Translations under genes and position numbers: made by a program
Notes under the pieces: generated by a model
Seen by the model: only the letters and a program-made list of their open reading frames with translations
Database searches by the model: none
Told to the model about the DNA's origin: nothing
Shown here: positions 1-11,858 of the stretch, piece by piece
Position numbering within the stretch: the stretch's first letter is position 1
How the letters are laid out: each line of letters begins with the position of its first letter
Origin: Chiloscyllium plagiosum
Lineage: Eukaryota
Direction: 5' to 3'
Assembly (NCBI RefSeq): GCF_004010195.1
Contig: NW_025214404.1
Span: forward strand, 1-35,503
Length of the DNA: 35,503 nucleotides

Positions 1-282
1 TTATGCCGACCAGACATCCCAGCCCAATCTAGTCCCACCTGGCCCATATCCCTCCAAACCCTTCCTATTTATATAGCCATCCAAATGCCTTTTAAATGTT
101 GCAGTTGTACTAGTCTCCACCACTTCCTCTGGCAGCTCATTCCATACACGTACTACCCTCTGAGTGAAAAAGTTGCCCCTTAAGTCTCTTTTATATCTTT
201 TCCCTCTCACCCTAAACCTCTGCCCTCTAGTTCTGGACTTCCCCACCCCAGGGAAAAAACTATGTTTATTTATCCTATTCAT
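1..282 (-). mobile_element. CR1 LINE 3' end fragment
   Basis: Translation TRGQRFRVRGKRYKRDLRGNFFTQRVVRVWNELPEEVVE...FKRHLD is the typical CR1 ORF2 C-terminus. Confidence 0.9.
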
Positions 283-385
283 AAACGGTGTAGTGGAAAG
301 GGACTGGGTGGGATACTCTTCAAAGGGTCAGTGTGGACTTGTTGGACCAAATGGCCTGTTTCCACACTGTAGGGATTCTGATTCT
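283..385 (+). mobile_element. HE1 SINE 3' tail fragment
   Basis: gggtcagtgtggacttgttggaccaaatggcctgtttccacactgtaggga matches the tails of full HE1 copies at 13162 and 19494. Confidence 0.8.
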
Positions 386-479
386 AAACTTAGAAGCTCT
401 TTCAATGAATAAAACAATAGAAACTCTGTGGAATGGTAAAGTTAAGATATCTTAATGTGATGCAGAACAAGCACTGTAC

Positions 480-1230
480 TCACCAAATAAAATAGAAATA
501 AAAGACTGTGCAATTAATAGTCAAGGCATGATGCCTAAAAATATAACAGAAAAATGTAAAACATAGCATGGTGAGAATGTCACAAAGGTTGACAAAAAGA
601 AAACGCAAAAGATATGAAAAGGGAGTATGGAAAGTTCTATAAAATCAATACAAAAAGTCTTTTAATAGATTTGTAAAGAGAAAGTAATCAGTAATAATGT
701 GGATCCATTGAAAACTGATAACAGTGATATTGTGAATGAAATAAAGAAAGACAGGTATATTGAATAGGAAAATGATAGTGTGTCCAATGTCCCAAAGAAG
801 GTAATACTGAATTAGGGAAAGAACTCAAACTGCATTCATATAAAAATTTGACAGAAGAAAATAATGTCATTAAAAAGTGACAAATACCCAAGAACAGATT
901 GGTTTCCTTTCCAGAATTTTTATGAAGTCGGTGTGCACAATATACATGTCCCCTTTTTGTAATTTTCCAAAGTTTTCTTGATTTGGGAACCTTTCCTTTC
1001 AATTGGAAAATGGTGCATGTCAATCCATTATTTAAAAAAATGTGAGAAGGTCTTGTTAATCCAACATCTGTCATCAGTAAATTATGAGAGTCTATTACTA
1101 AGATTAGAGTAGTTGAATACCTAGAAATTGATCAGCTGATCAGAGATACCCAGCATAGATTTGTTAATTGAGTTTTTTGTAGAGGTGATTGAAGTAATGG
1201 ACAGGTCTATAAATGCTATTTACATAGAGT
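480..1230 (+). mobile_element. Old, degenerate CR1 ORF2 fragment
   Basis: Decayed motifs resembling K-PG-DG, 'WKMVHVNPLFKK' and QH-FV in CR1 order, with many stops. Confidence 0.6.
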
Positions 1231-1852
1231 CATGGCAGGGTGTAGTGGTGTTGGATTTTGTGAAGGCTGCAAGCGAGGGAAACGTGGCATTTGAGATGAT
1301 TTAGTTAGGTTGGGGTGAATATTTCATTTCCCAGCAATAGATTGAGAAGCAAAATTAAGTTAGTAACATGTTTGCAGCATGTTGAGCCTCATACCATCCC
1401 AAGGCAGCTTCCCACCTGTAGTACACAGGCATGCAATATATAGTCATTGGTGTAAAATGTATTTTAATCATGTCCCACCTTCAAGATAAAGCCAGCAATG
1501 TACAAGCATCTCAAGTTAACAATTTCACATTCCTTTACTGGTGGTATGCACCAGTTGGTGCTATGAGGTTATGCCTGAGATCAGCTGTTTTCCTTGTTGA
1601 ACTCTAGAGCACGAGGGAGGGGATCAAGAGAATGGCAGCTTGGTTGGAGGCTTAGGGTCAGCAAGATAAGTCAGCAAGAAGAGAGCATTGTGGAGAAAAA
1701 GAGATGGAGGACTGGAAGGTGGCAGGACATGACATTCTGGATGTGGTGGGGTTGCAGTGGACAGTCAGTCAAGGTAAGAAAATGAATGGCCTAAAGACAG
1801 TTGCACCATTGTCCACACATGGGTTTATTTCATGGTGTTGGCTCACAGACTT

Positions 1853-1950
1853 TGAAAAGGGAGTATGGAAAGTTCTATAAAATTAATACAAAAAGTCTTT
1901 CAATAGATTGGGAAAGAGAAAGTAATCAGTAATAATGTGGATCCATTGAA
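1853..1950 (+). repeat. 98-bp direct copy of 615-712
   Basis: 94/98 identity by eye; GACTTTGA at 1848-1855 and 1954-1961 brackets it. Confidence 0.9.
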
Positions 1951-2021
1951 CTTGACTTTGAGTTTACTTCCACTATTTCATTATCCTCACTGAGAATGAT
2001 CTCAGACAATGTCCTTTATAA

Positions 2022-2955
2022 TCAAGATGGTGGCAGAGTAGGAGGGCTGAGCCTGGGCCTCGTCTGCTCCCATCTGCCTTCAATTTTTTTTCCCTCTTTT
2101 CTTCTTTTCTCTTTCTTTATTTTCCGTTTTGTTTCTTTGTTCTTTTTTCTTTAAAGCCTGGAGAGTGGCGGGTAAAGGAGGAGGCCACTGGCAGCAGTGC
2201 CAGGACATGCCAGATATGGCTCCACTCCAACCTGGGGTCTCCTGGTGAGTGAGGAGCAGGTGTCAGGCTTACTCGCTTGGCCTGGACTCCCAGTCTTGGC
2301 TGAGGCTCCAGGTCCACAGCTAGGCCCATGTACCCAAAGGACATTGGTGAAAGGGATAGAAAGAGATGGCAGCAGCGCCTAGAAGACCATCAGATGGGGA
2401 AGGGGAGATATGGAACCGGCACATCCCCAGGCCCTGGCTCCAGCTCGAATAAAGCAGCTGCAGTGGCAGCAGTGAAGGCCTATAACCGAGACCCCTGAGC
2501 CCATTACAGAGACCCCAGAGCCCATTACACGGATCCCAGAGCCCATTACACGGATCCCAGAGCCCATTACATGGATCCCAGAGCCCATTACAGAAGCCCC
2601 AGAGCCCATTACAGAAGCCCCAGAGCCCATTACAGAGACCCCAGAGCCCATTACAGAAACCCCAGAGCCCATTACAGAGACCCCAGAGCCCATTACAGAA
2701 GCCCCAGAGCCCATTACAGAGAGCCCAGAGTCCATTACTGAGACTCCAGTCAATGTCAAGCAGTGACTAGAGGAGTAGTGGAGGAGAAACAAGGAGAAGA
2801 GAGAAAGGTGAACTCTATTGTAGTAAAATCTTGCATATTATATTTCAAGATGGCACCAGAATGTGGTGACACTTTGCATACAACTCATGAAAAACCACTT
2901 TTCACTCTATTTTCATATGTATGTCATGATAAATCTAACTTTAATCTTATCTCAA
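2022..2955 (+). mobile_element. Non-coding interspersed element (CAAGATGG head, pyrimidine tract, GC-rich body, LINE-like tail)
   Basis: Same architecture as 30056-30880, with the 3' part shared with 3350-3855. Confidence 0.6.
2488..2749 (+). repeat. 21-bp minisatellite, about 12.5 copies (GAGACCCCAGAGCCCATTACA)
   Basis: Directly visible tandem array; it produces the spurious (GSGVSVM)n ORF. Confidence 0.97.
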
Positions 2956-3349
2956 TTTAAATGTTTTGAAAGAAGTCTAAACAAGTCTGCAAATACAGTC
3001 ATGTCCCAGAATGGAAAGTACAACACTGGAAACTTAACATCAGCATTCAATAAACAGTCAATTTAAAAATACATTGTTTCTTACCTGAAATATTTACAAG
3101 TGAAACCTAACAAGCCACTTAGTTTAAAAGCAATTATGGATGCACAACAAATGCAAGCCTTGAGACCCTCACATCCCATTGGAAGAGTAATTGCAAAAGA
3201 ATTGGACAGGCAAGTTTTGGCCATTTCAAACTTTCAGTTTCACCAAGAGACTCATTTTTACCCTGCCCATACCAACATTCTCCATCATATCATCACATAA
3301 GTCATTCGTAAAAACTGTTGGCACTTTAAATTTTAAATGGAATCACTAA

Positions 3350-3855
3350 GAGTCAGCAAGTGGAGTCAGCTGGAGGCCCAGTGTGCGGACCGGCTGTGGA
3401 CCTGGAGCACTGGGGTCTAGAGGTCCGGTGTGTGGAGCAGCTGTGGGTCCTGAGTCTCACAGAGCAAGCCTGAAGTGTTGGTGAGGAAGGTCCCCAGCAT
3501 CAGTGGCATCGCGAGCAGGAAGCCCGAGGTTTCCCAGAGAGCAGGCCAAAGCAGAGGAGACTTAGCCATTGCAGAGAGTGCCCTTAAGAAAGACTGTTGA
3601 ACTTTTACCTTTATTTCTTTATGTTTCCAGTTAATACTAGGAAGTTCTGTAATGTTAACTTTTAATTTTTTTTGTTACTTACACTCAGACCAATGGTAAT
3701 GCTTTACTCTGATATTTGTTTCTCATTGTTGCTACTTGTACCTAAGTTTTGTGCCTTGGCACCTTCATACCGAAGATGACACTGTGTGTGGCGACATTGT
3801 ACCTTTTCACTGTACTTCTATACTTGAGTACCTGCGACAATAAAGCATAAATCAT
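3350..3855 (+). mobile_element. 5'-truncated relative of the 2022/30056 element family
   Basis: GC-rich body, T-rich stretch, then aagatgacac...cttttcactgtac...gtacctgcgacaataaagcataaatca tail. Confidence 0.5.
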
Positions 3856-4149
3856 GTTGAACAAGTTCAAAGGTCTTCTTCATATTATGCCTGCATCCTT
3901 TTCTCAGAAATTATATGTGTTCCTTAGTCCTTGTGCCGTCAGCTAATGAGAATAGTTTCATGGATTTTCAGAACATGTTTGATAAATCTTCTCACAAGAC
4001 ACTCTTGTTTGAAACGGAGTTTCATGAAATTGAAGGTAAATTATTGACTTGGTTTGGAAATTGAACAAGTGGCAGGAGTGTGAGAATCAGAATAATTAAC
4101 AGGGACTTTGATTGGCAGGATGAGACAAATGATGTCACAGGAACATGGG

Positions 4150-5170
4150 AAAAAGGAGAAGGAGTAGGCCCTCAAGCTCATTTTACCATTCCATGAGATC
4201 ATGGCTGATCTGTGGCTTAACTCCTTTGGCCCATATCCCTCAGTACCTTTGCATTTTAAAAAGTTAGCTATCTCGGATTTAAAATTAACAACTGATCAAG
4301 GTTCCACTGCTATTTGTGGAAGAGAGTTCCGAACATCTACCACCCTTCATGTGCAGAAATGCTTCCTAGGATATCTCCTTAATGGTCTGGCCCTAATTCT
4401 CAGAGTATGCCCCTTGCGCTAGAATCTCCAACCATGGAAATAGTTTATCTTTGTCTACCCTGTTTTTTCCTGTTAATATCTTGAATACTTTGATCAGCTC
4501 ACCACTTAACTGTCCAAATTCTGGAGAAAACAGGCCTAATTTATATAATTTCTCCTTATCACAACGCTTGAAGTCAGATATTATTCTTGTAAATCTACAT
4601 TGTACTCTCTCCAAGGCCAATATATCCTAAGGTGTGGTGCCAGATCTGCTCACAGTACTCTGTTTTACCAGGGTTTTATATAACTGCAGCAAAGCTTCTG
4701 CATCTTTATACCCCAGTCCTCCAGATGTAAAGTCCAACATTTCATTAGCTTTCTTGATTGTTTACAGCACCTGTTCATGGAATTTTAAATACTTATGCAT
4801 CTGAACCCCAAGTCTCTTTAGACATCCACTGCATTTAACTTCATACCGTCTGAGAAGGTACCCTGATCTATCCTTCACAGGTCCAAATACATAACCTCAC
4901 ACTTGCTTACATTGAACTCCACCTGTCACAGTTTTGACATTCACCTATTCTATCAATATGTCTTTGTAATTTTATGCTATCATCTACACTGTCTACAATG
5001 CTGCATAACTTTGTGTCATCAGCAAACGTGCGTATACGACTTGCAATGCATTATCCAAATCATTAATAAATCATGTTAACAACAACGGCCCAAACACAGA
5101 GCCTTCTGGGACACCACTGGACACATTCTGGTGATTTGAGTACCTACCCATTCTCCTTACTTTTTGTGAG
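4150..5170 (-). mobile_element. CR1 LINE 3' part (RT C-terminal region plus 3' UTR)
   Basis: Minus-strand ALERVQCRFTRII...KLGLFSPE...LIKVFKIL; RT motifs SGVPEGSVL and FADD (tttgctgatgac) near 5010-5120. Confidence 0.85.
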
Positions 5171-5174
5171 TTAC

Positions 5175-5485
5175 AAATACCTACAACCATCTGGGCGATA
5201 AACAATTTCCTCAAATCTTCTCTCAACCTCCAGCACTTTACTATGTCCCTGTTTTTTGACCTGTCTACAAAGAAAAAAGGTTCTCCCTATCTACATTTTA
5301 GATATCTCAAACTTATCCCCCCGTCAGTGTTCTCTGCTTTAAGAGAAAACAATTCCACTCTATTTAGTCATTCTTCATAGCTGAATTGTTTCAGGCTAGG
5401 CAGCTTCCTATTGAATCGCTTCTGCTCCCTCTCGAGTGCAATCACATCCTTCCTATAGTGTGGTGACAAGAAATTCACACAACAG
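5175..5485 (-). mobile_element. Older CR1 3' fragment
   Basis: Decayed HYRKDVIALEREQKRFNRKLP on the minus strand. Confidence 0.6.
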
Positions 5486-5504
5486 CAAAAAGCTAAAATC
5501 ATTA

Positions 5505-5670
5505 TCATTAGAGAGAGACAGTTTGACCTGTGGGTCGCCATGCCTTAGGTGAGGTTTGAGGTTGAAAAGGTGAGGCCTTCATGGGAATCTCAGCTGGTAT
5601 GGAAATTGAACCCACACTGCTGGTATCATTCTGCACCACAAACCAGCCTCCTACCAACAGAGCTAACCAG
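5505..5670 (-). mobile_element. tRNA-derived SINE (non-HE1)
   Basis: Minus strand has box A GGTTAGCTCTGTTGG and box B GGGTTCAATTTCC separated by a non-tRNA-length spacer. Confidence 0.6.
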
Positions 5671-5779
5671 CCTCCAGTCCAGCTATCACTTAACTAGTGT
5701 CATATACAGCTCCATCATAACCTCCTTGCTCTTGCATTCAATGCCTTGACTAGTAAAGGCAAATAAGTGAGGGAATTAA

Positions 5780-7180
5780 TTTAAATATTAAAGTGCTAAC
5801 TTAGCACATAAGAGATTGTGGGATTGAAGACCACATTCACCACTTTGCAAGGACAATCGGGAGTATGAATGTGTACCTCAAGAGTTGATGCAGGAGGAAG
5901 GGTTTTAGATTCCAGATCACTGGGACCTTTCCTGGGGAAGAGGGACAATCCGCACCTGAACCAGAATAGAACTAACGTGCTTATGGGTGGATTCGCTGGT
6001 ACTCTTGGGAGGAATTTGAAATGGGGAGGGGACACAGAGTGTTAATACAATAGGAGCACAGCATACTTTAGTAAAGGAACCAAAGCAAAGGGAATTCATC
6101 CAGATTGAGATTCAAGAGATTAAGGTGAGAATAGATGGCTGTTAATACTAGGAGTATTATTGGTATGACAGATGAGTTAGGACATGGATTGAATGTGGAA
6201 TTGCAATACGGTTGTCAGGACAGAGATGTAGTTGAGGGATGAGCAGGACTGGCAGCTCGACACTGTGGGGTATAGAATCTTCAGGCATGGCAGGAGAAAG
6301 TGTAAAAGAGGAGGAAGTATTATTAATGAAGGAGTCAGTTACTACCCTAAGGAGGGCTGATATCTTGGAAGGCTCTTCAAATGACGTTTTATGGCTAGAG
6401 TTTGGAAATAAAAATGGGAGTAGTCACATTGCTGCGAGTGTATTAGAGGCTCTCAAACAATCTGTGGGCAATAAAGGAACACAATGTAGACAAGTTACTG
6501 AGGTGTCCAAAAACAATAATAAAGAGTAATTATATTAGAGGATTTCAACTTCCCCAACATGAATTGGGATAGTCATAGTGTAAATGGTTTAGATGAGACA
6601 GATTTCTTGAATTGCATTCAAGAGAGCTTTTTATTTCAACATGTAGAAAGCCCAATAATGGGCAGTGCAGTCGTGAATCTAATTCTGGGTAACAAAGCCG
6701 GACTAGTGTTCAAAGTCGTATTGGAGTTGCATTTTAGTCACAATGACCACAACATTGTATGTTTTAAGGGTTTGTTATCGTAAAGGAGAAAATTACCTGC
6801 AATAAAGGATTTTAAATTGGTGTTAGGCAGATTTTATTAAAATAAGGCAGGATCTGGCCAAAGTAGACTGGAAATAGCTACTTGTAGGCAAATCTGCAGC
6901 ACAATGGTGGTCAGCATTCAAAAAGGAATTGATGACACCACTTAGGGTGGCATGTACAAGTAACAAGCCCAGAGAACCCTGGAGGCTGAGGAATATTCAG
7001 GACTGAATAAAAAGGAAAATAATGGCTTTTAACAGATACAAAGGGAGTAAATCAATGGAGGCCCTAATGAAGTAAAACAGAACTTAAGAAAGCAAGTAGG
7101 AGAGCAAAAAGGGGGCATGAGAAACACTGGTGAGTAAGATTAAGGAGAATCTCAAGGTTTTCTATAACATATCAAGTTAA
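5780..7180 (+). mobile_element. Degenerate CR1: ORF1 C-terminus and ORF2 APE endonuclease region
   Basis: DFNFPNMNW, FLNCIQESFLFQHVESP, LILGN and NDHN are APE motifs; EPW follows; multiple stops. Confidence 0.8.
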
Positions 7181-8559
7181 CTAAACAGGTCTTTACATAT
7201 ACCATAGGAAGGAGGAATGGTGAACTCTACCTCAGCTAGCAGAAGGTTGAGCAAGTTTTGGCTCTGTAAAAATATGAGATTGTGATCAGTGACAGGACCA
7301 TTACATAAATACTTCAAGATAAGAATGGTGAAAAAAATCCATTCAAACCAGGAGAAAAATAATGATCAGAGGATCAGTGAGTTTTTCACTTTAAGGACAG
7401 TACTATTTTAAGAATTGTCAGTCAGTCAGCAGTTGTAAGCATTTGAGGAGAGAAGCGGAGTTGTGGAAAGAAAGGCAGGGTAAAAGCAGTTCTCTAGCCT
7501 CAGAGCTGGTTAGAGGCAAAGGAAGGACAGTGTCAGCTAGTGAGATAGCAAAACAACTACTCACACTTGGCAGTTACAGAGTCCTTAGAGAAGAAGGATC
7601 TGTAAGGGCAGTTCCGATTCGAGGTTTGGCTGGGAAGCAACCATTTCAGAGCTCCAGGATTAAAGTTAAAGGTCTCTGCAGACAAGAAAAAAACACTTTA
7701 AATTAACAGGGCAAAGGGCCAGGCTGGGAAGGTAACAAGGAACACTTACCATTCACAGCAGGTGTAACTGTCATACTGAGCGAACATGCATGGCTCAGTA
7801 GCTAAGTCAAGGTCTTTTAAATTAATATTGACTGAACCCACAACATTGGAATATTGTATGGCACATTTAATTTGACAGGAGGATAATATAAAAGATTTAG
7901 AACCCAATGTTTGAGTGAAGACGTCAGAAGGACTTTAGGACTGTGGTAACATCAGGAGATACATAATTTAAACAAGATTTGGCAGGAAGATTGATTCAGA
8001 CCACAGCCACAGAAGTTTAATAGAAAACTCAGAGACAGGGACGTGCATTGTCTCTTAGATTGTGAAAGGCAGTAATGCATCCAGTTGCCCATGAAGACGT
8101 GGGAAAACTCAGTCCAGATTGCAGAAGGCAGGAAACTTCCATCTTGTCCACTGAAAGTGGGAAATCACAACTTGGATTACAAAAAGGGCAGCAAAAACAC
8201 CAGCAAGCAGTACTGGTATATGTGCTGCTATTAAATTTTAAATAATGTAAGAAAAAATAACTACATCATTGTCATAATACAAAATTAAGATTTTTTTGTA
8301 AGAAAATAATCCAGCATTGCTATAATAGAGTTTGCAAGTTTGTAAGCAAGGAAAAGCACACTGCATTGCTACAATATGAGTTTAAAGGCTTGAAGAAGCT
8401 TTAAAACAAGCAAATTAAAACAGGATTGAGATACCACAAAATTAATATCTTAAAAACAGCTGATTACAAATGGCATTGAGAATGTGCATATTTAAAAGAA
8501 CTTTCAAGTATTAAAAAAATAGTAACACTACAAAACAATAGCAGGAGAAACAATGCTGT

Positions 8560-10130
8560 ATTGAAGACGTAATGCCAAAGATGGGTCAAACAAGAATATG
8601 AGACTGGACATCTTAGAATAAAACACAAGTGTTTTGAAATTAAATATTAATCCTCAACTGCACAAGAAAATATGTAATGATATTTGTTTCGACATACAAA
8701 GAAGGCCATTATAAATCACCAAAATATAACAAAAGACTTACTTGAAGAAGTTCCAAAAGCATTTCATAATTATTTCAAACTGAGAACAGATTGGAAAAGC
8801 AACATGTAGCGGAAGGTTTCAGCATCCAGGAAAATTCATAGACAATTTAATTAATTACCTCTCTATATTAGTAGAACGTTGCAGCAGTGGGGCTTGAAAA
8901 TCAGAATTTAAAAGGGACTGAATTCCTGAAATTAGTAATGAAATCATTGTCAAATTTATTACAATCCAAATATTTGACTTTGGAGAAAGTGATGTAAATT
9001 GTACTGGAAGCAGAAACCAGGAAGATGTTTGAGAGAAAATGGCAACCTTAACACAGGAGAGCAACAGAATCCATCCACTTTATAAAATGTGACACATGTG
9101 ATAAGCTAACTCAAAGTAGATCAAACAACTTCTACTCAGTCAGCGTCAGTGCTGCAGAATGAAAAGTCTTCACAGCCAAAAGCAATGCCCAACTATGATA
9201 AAAGAATTCTACATATATAGAACAATAGGTCATTTTGAGGAGATGTGCAGAAGGTCGAATCAGCTTCAGAGCAGCAAAAAGCCAAATGTTTACTCATAGA
9301 AATTTGTCAATGTGACAGAACCTTCACTATTAAACAAAATCCCAGAAGAATCCCAAATGAAAATTGGTGACTCAACTGACTCAAGGTCCACAGAATTAAT
9401 TTATGTCATTGGACATCACACTGATTTTTAGCTTGATATGGGGAGAGTATAACTGTCCTATCAGGTCAAATACCATAGATGAAGAAACAGAAGTTACAGA
9501 GATGAAAATACATGCTCCAGGTAGAATACTTCTTAAAAGTAAAGATATGCTAAAAGTAATATTATAACATAAAGCATGAGAGTTGAACATGTACATAATT
9601 ACAATCAACAATTTTTACTTTTGAGCCTATATGTATATCTTGACTTCAATATTTTACAGGCAGCAGAGGAGTTCAACAAATTCCAAGAGATTAACTTGTC
9701 CAGGCACTGATATAATTCAAATATTCAAGGGACAACCAGTAGAAGATTTCATTGGGCTTCCTAGACTCAAGGTGGAACCCAGAAAGAGAGAATTTTCTTG
9801 ACATTACTTGTGTTGGCAAAAGAGATTGTTTCAAACTGTCAAAAGGAAGCAAATCTACAACTTCACAGAATTGATGGAGATGTTTCTATTCCAATCATCA
9901 CTGGAGAAGATTCATAAAGATGACATCAACAAAGTTATCGAGATGGAATTACTGAGGTCAAGGATGAGCAATGCAACCAATCTGAGCTCATTGAGGAATC
10001 TTTAACTGAAGTTGTTCAGGCAGCTAATTAATCCACCGAATCAACTGATAAACAAATTTGACTTTGATGCTGGATGATGAATTGACATGTTCAAGAGCAA
10101 CATTTCAATTTTTCATCTTCCAAAAAAGAT
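8560..10130 (+). mobile_element. Highly degenerate Gypsy-type LTR retrotransposon gag-protease region
   Basis: 9141-9252 translates QRQCCRMKSLHSQKQCPTMIKEFYIYRTIGHFEEMCR (decayed double zinc knuckle). Gag-like Q-PG--ID-LI motif near 8820 and protease-like IDEETEVT near 9475. Confidence 0.6.
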
Positions 10131-10139
10131 CTATCAGAA

Positions 10140-10415
10140 CTAGTGGCACAGATAGCACTTAGAAACATTGGTATATGGAGGGATCTTGAGGTGCAAGTCA
10201 ATAGCTCCCTGAAAATTGCAACATAATGGATAAGGTGGTAAAGAAGGAAAACAAAATGGCTACCTTTGTCATTTGGGGCATTGAGTATCAAAATTGGCAA
10301 GTCATATGGCAGTCGCATAAGAATTTGGTTAAGCCACATTTTAAGTATTGTGTGCAGTTCTGGTCACCACACTACAGGAAGGGTATGGAGGCTTTGGAGA
10401 AGGTGAAATAAAGGT
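10140..10415 (+). mobile_element. CR1 RT C-terminal fragment
   Basis: LVKPHFKYCVQFWSPHYRKGMEALEKV. Confidence 0.85.
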
Positions 10416-10549
10416 TGAAACAACTGCACAGAGGGCAGTATCCTGTCATTGAGTCACTCTTTATCTATATGTGCATGGTACACTGTCTGTGGACAGACAG
10501 CTCAGAGTCAGTCACTGAAGTGAGGAGACTCTGAATCCTCTGTTTATAT

Positions 10550-10926
10550 AGGAGAAAGTGAGGACTGCCGATGCTGGAGATCAGAGTCGAGAGTGTGTGG
10601 TGCTGGAAAAGCACAGCAGGTCATGCAGCATCCGAGGAGTAGGGGAATCAACGTTTCGGGTAAAAGCCCTTCATCAGGAATGAGGCTGGGAGCGTTGGGG
10701 GTGGAGAGATAAATGGGAGGGGGGTGGGGCTGGGGAGAAGGTAGCTGAGAGTATAGTAGGGGGATGGAGGTGGGGGGTAATGGTGATAGGTCAGAGGGGA
10801 GGGTGGAGCGGATAGGTGGGAAGGAAGATTGACAGGGGGACATAGAAACACCTGCCTGCAACATCAATTCTCCTGCTCCTCAGGTGCTGCATGACCTGCT
10901 GTGCTTTTCCAGCACCACACACTGTC
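10550..10926 (-). mobile_element. Penelope-like pLTR insertion with partial inverted copy and hammerhead core
   Basis: Perfect 15-bp TSD ATCCTCTGTTTATAT (10535-10549, 10927-10941); inverted arms about 10593-10650 and 10865-10923. Confidence 0.85.
10641..10680 (-). ncRNA. Minimal type I hammerhead ribozyme motif
   Basis: CUGAUGA-A-GGGC-UUUU-ACCC-GAAA-CG-UU; one stem II mismatch. Confidence 0.6.
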
Positions 10927-11224
10927 ATCCTCTGTTTATATGTCAGCCAGTGCTCTCTGACTGACCCAGGGTAAGAACCCCCAAGTCAATAAGATCCACC
11001 TGGTTCAAATCACTACATGTCTCCCCCTTATATCTGGGGATGGAGGCCTGGTCTTTCTCAGGTAGCTTCCCCTGCGATATTTTCATCACAGGTCCAGTTC
11101 CTCTGACTTGGACTCTGACACAGATGGCATGTACTGGACCATAGCTCGTCTCTTGAGGGAAGATAAAGAAATTATTCTGCTGGTTGTGGAGTTTTGGTCT
11201 GGGGCTTAACCAAACATTTTGAGA

Positions 11225-11380
11225 CATTTGGAAAGGCAGGACTGAATAGAATAATCAGCATGGCTTTGTGCTTGGGAAATCATGTCTCACAAACTTGATT
11301 AAGTGTTTTGAAGAGGTAATAAAGAAGATAGACAAAGGCAGAGTGGTAGACATTGTCCACATGGACTTTAGAAAGACCCT
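11225..11380 (+). mobile_element. CR1 RT fragment, left part
   Basis: QHGFVLGKSCLTNLIKCFEEVIKKIDKGRVVDIVHMDFRK; continues at about 12976. Confidence 0.9.
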
Positions 11381-11497
11381 TTTTGCCCTCCTGATTTCCC
11401 GACTGTCTTTATACTCTGGTAAGGATTCACTCGATCTATCCTGTCTATACCTGACATGTGCTTCCTTCTTTTTCTTAACCAAACCCTCATTTTCTTA
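11377..11497 (-). mobile_element. Short inverted CR1 ORF2 fragment
   Basis: Minus-strand LVKKKKEAHVRYRQDRSSES...REIRRAKR, the CR1 EN-RT linker. Confidence 0.8.
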
Positions 11498-11858
11498 GGC
11501 TCTTTGGTAAACGGAAGCACCTCCCTTCTTGCTGAGCAAAGGATCTTAGTGCGCTGTGGCATGGCTCTCCAGTAGCGGAGCCATCGAGACAAAGAGGCCG
11601 AATGTTGGCTGCCAAGAGCAAGACATACCGGGCTTTGCCGACCTCCTGACGCCATGGCTCTGCGGCACCGCGAGTGGGCCGTGTCTCTGCACGGGCCGGA
11701 GCACAGCATGTAACGGGCGACGTACGTGATTGTGGATTGAAAGCCGATATCCTGGCCTCACTTGAGCTGCAGCTTACTGACAAGGCTTGTTCTGTGGCTC
11801 GCAGCACCTTGAAAACCGGCCTTTTTGGGCACCCGGTATGCCACTCGGCTGTCGGCTG

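Larger units (their letters stand above)
10416..11220 (-). mobile_element. LTR (TG..CA, 11017-10416) with polypurine tract and adjacent internal sequence, interrupted by a Penelope insertion
   Basis: Minus strand reads AAGGGGGAGACA|TGTAGTGAT... and ends ...ATAAAGAGTGACTC...GTTGTTTCA; about 210 bp once the nested insertion is removed. Confidence 0.55.

Noticed and set aside
2379..2792. (GSGVSVM)n protein or CRISPR-like array
   Set aside because: Artefact of a 21-bp minisatellite; no unique spacers and a eukaryotic context.
3076..3300. Minus-strand CAG|GTAAG near 3085 as a downstream CSPG5 exon donor
   Set aside because: I could not find the expected CNTQDY…transmembrane or cytoplasmic sequence here or elsewhere in the window.
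11561..11584. ATGGCTC/GAGCCAT hairpin
   Set aside because: A short stem expected by chance in GC-rich DNA; no motif support.
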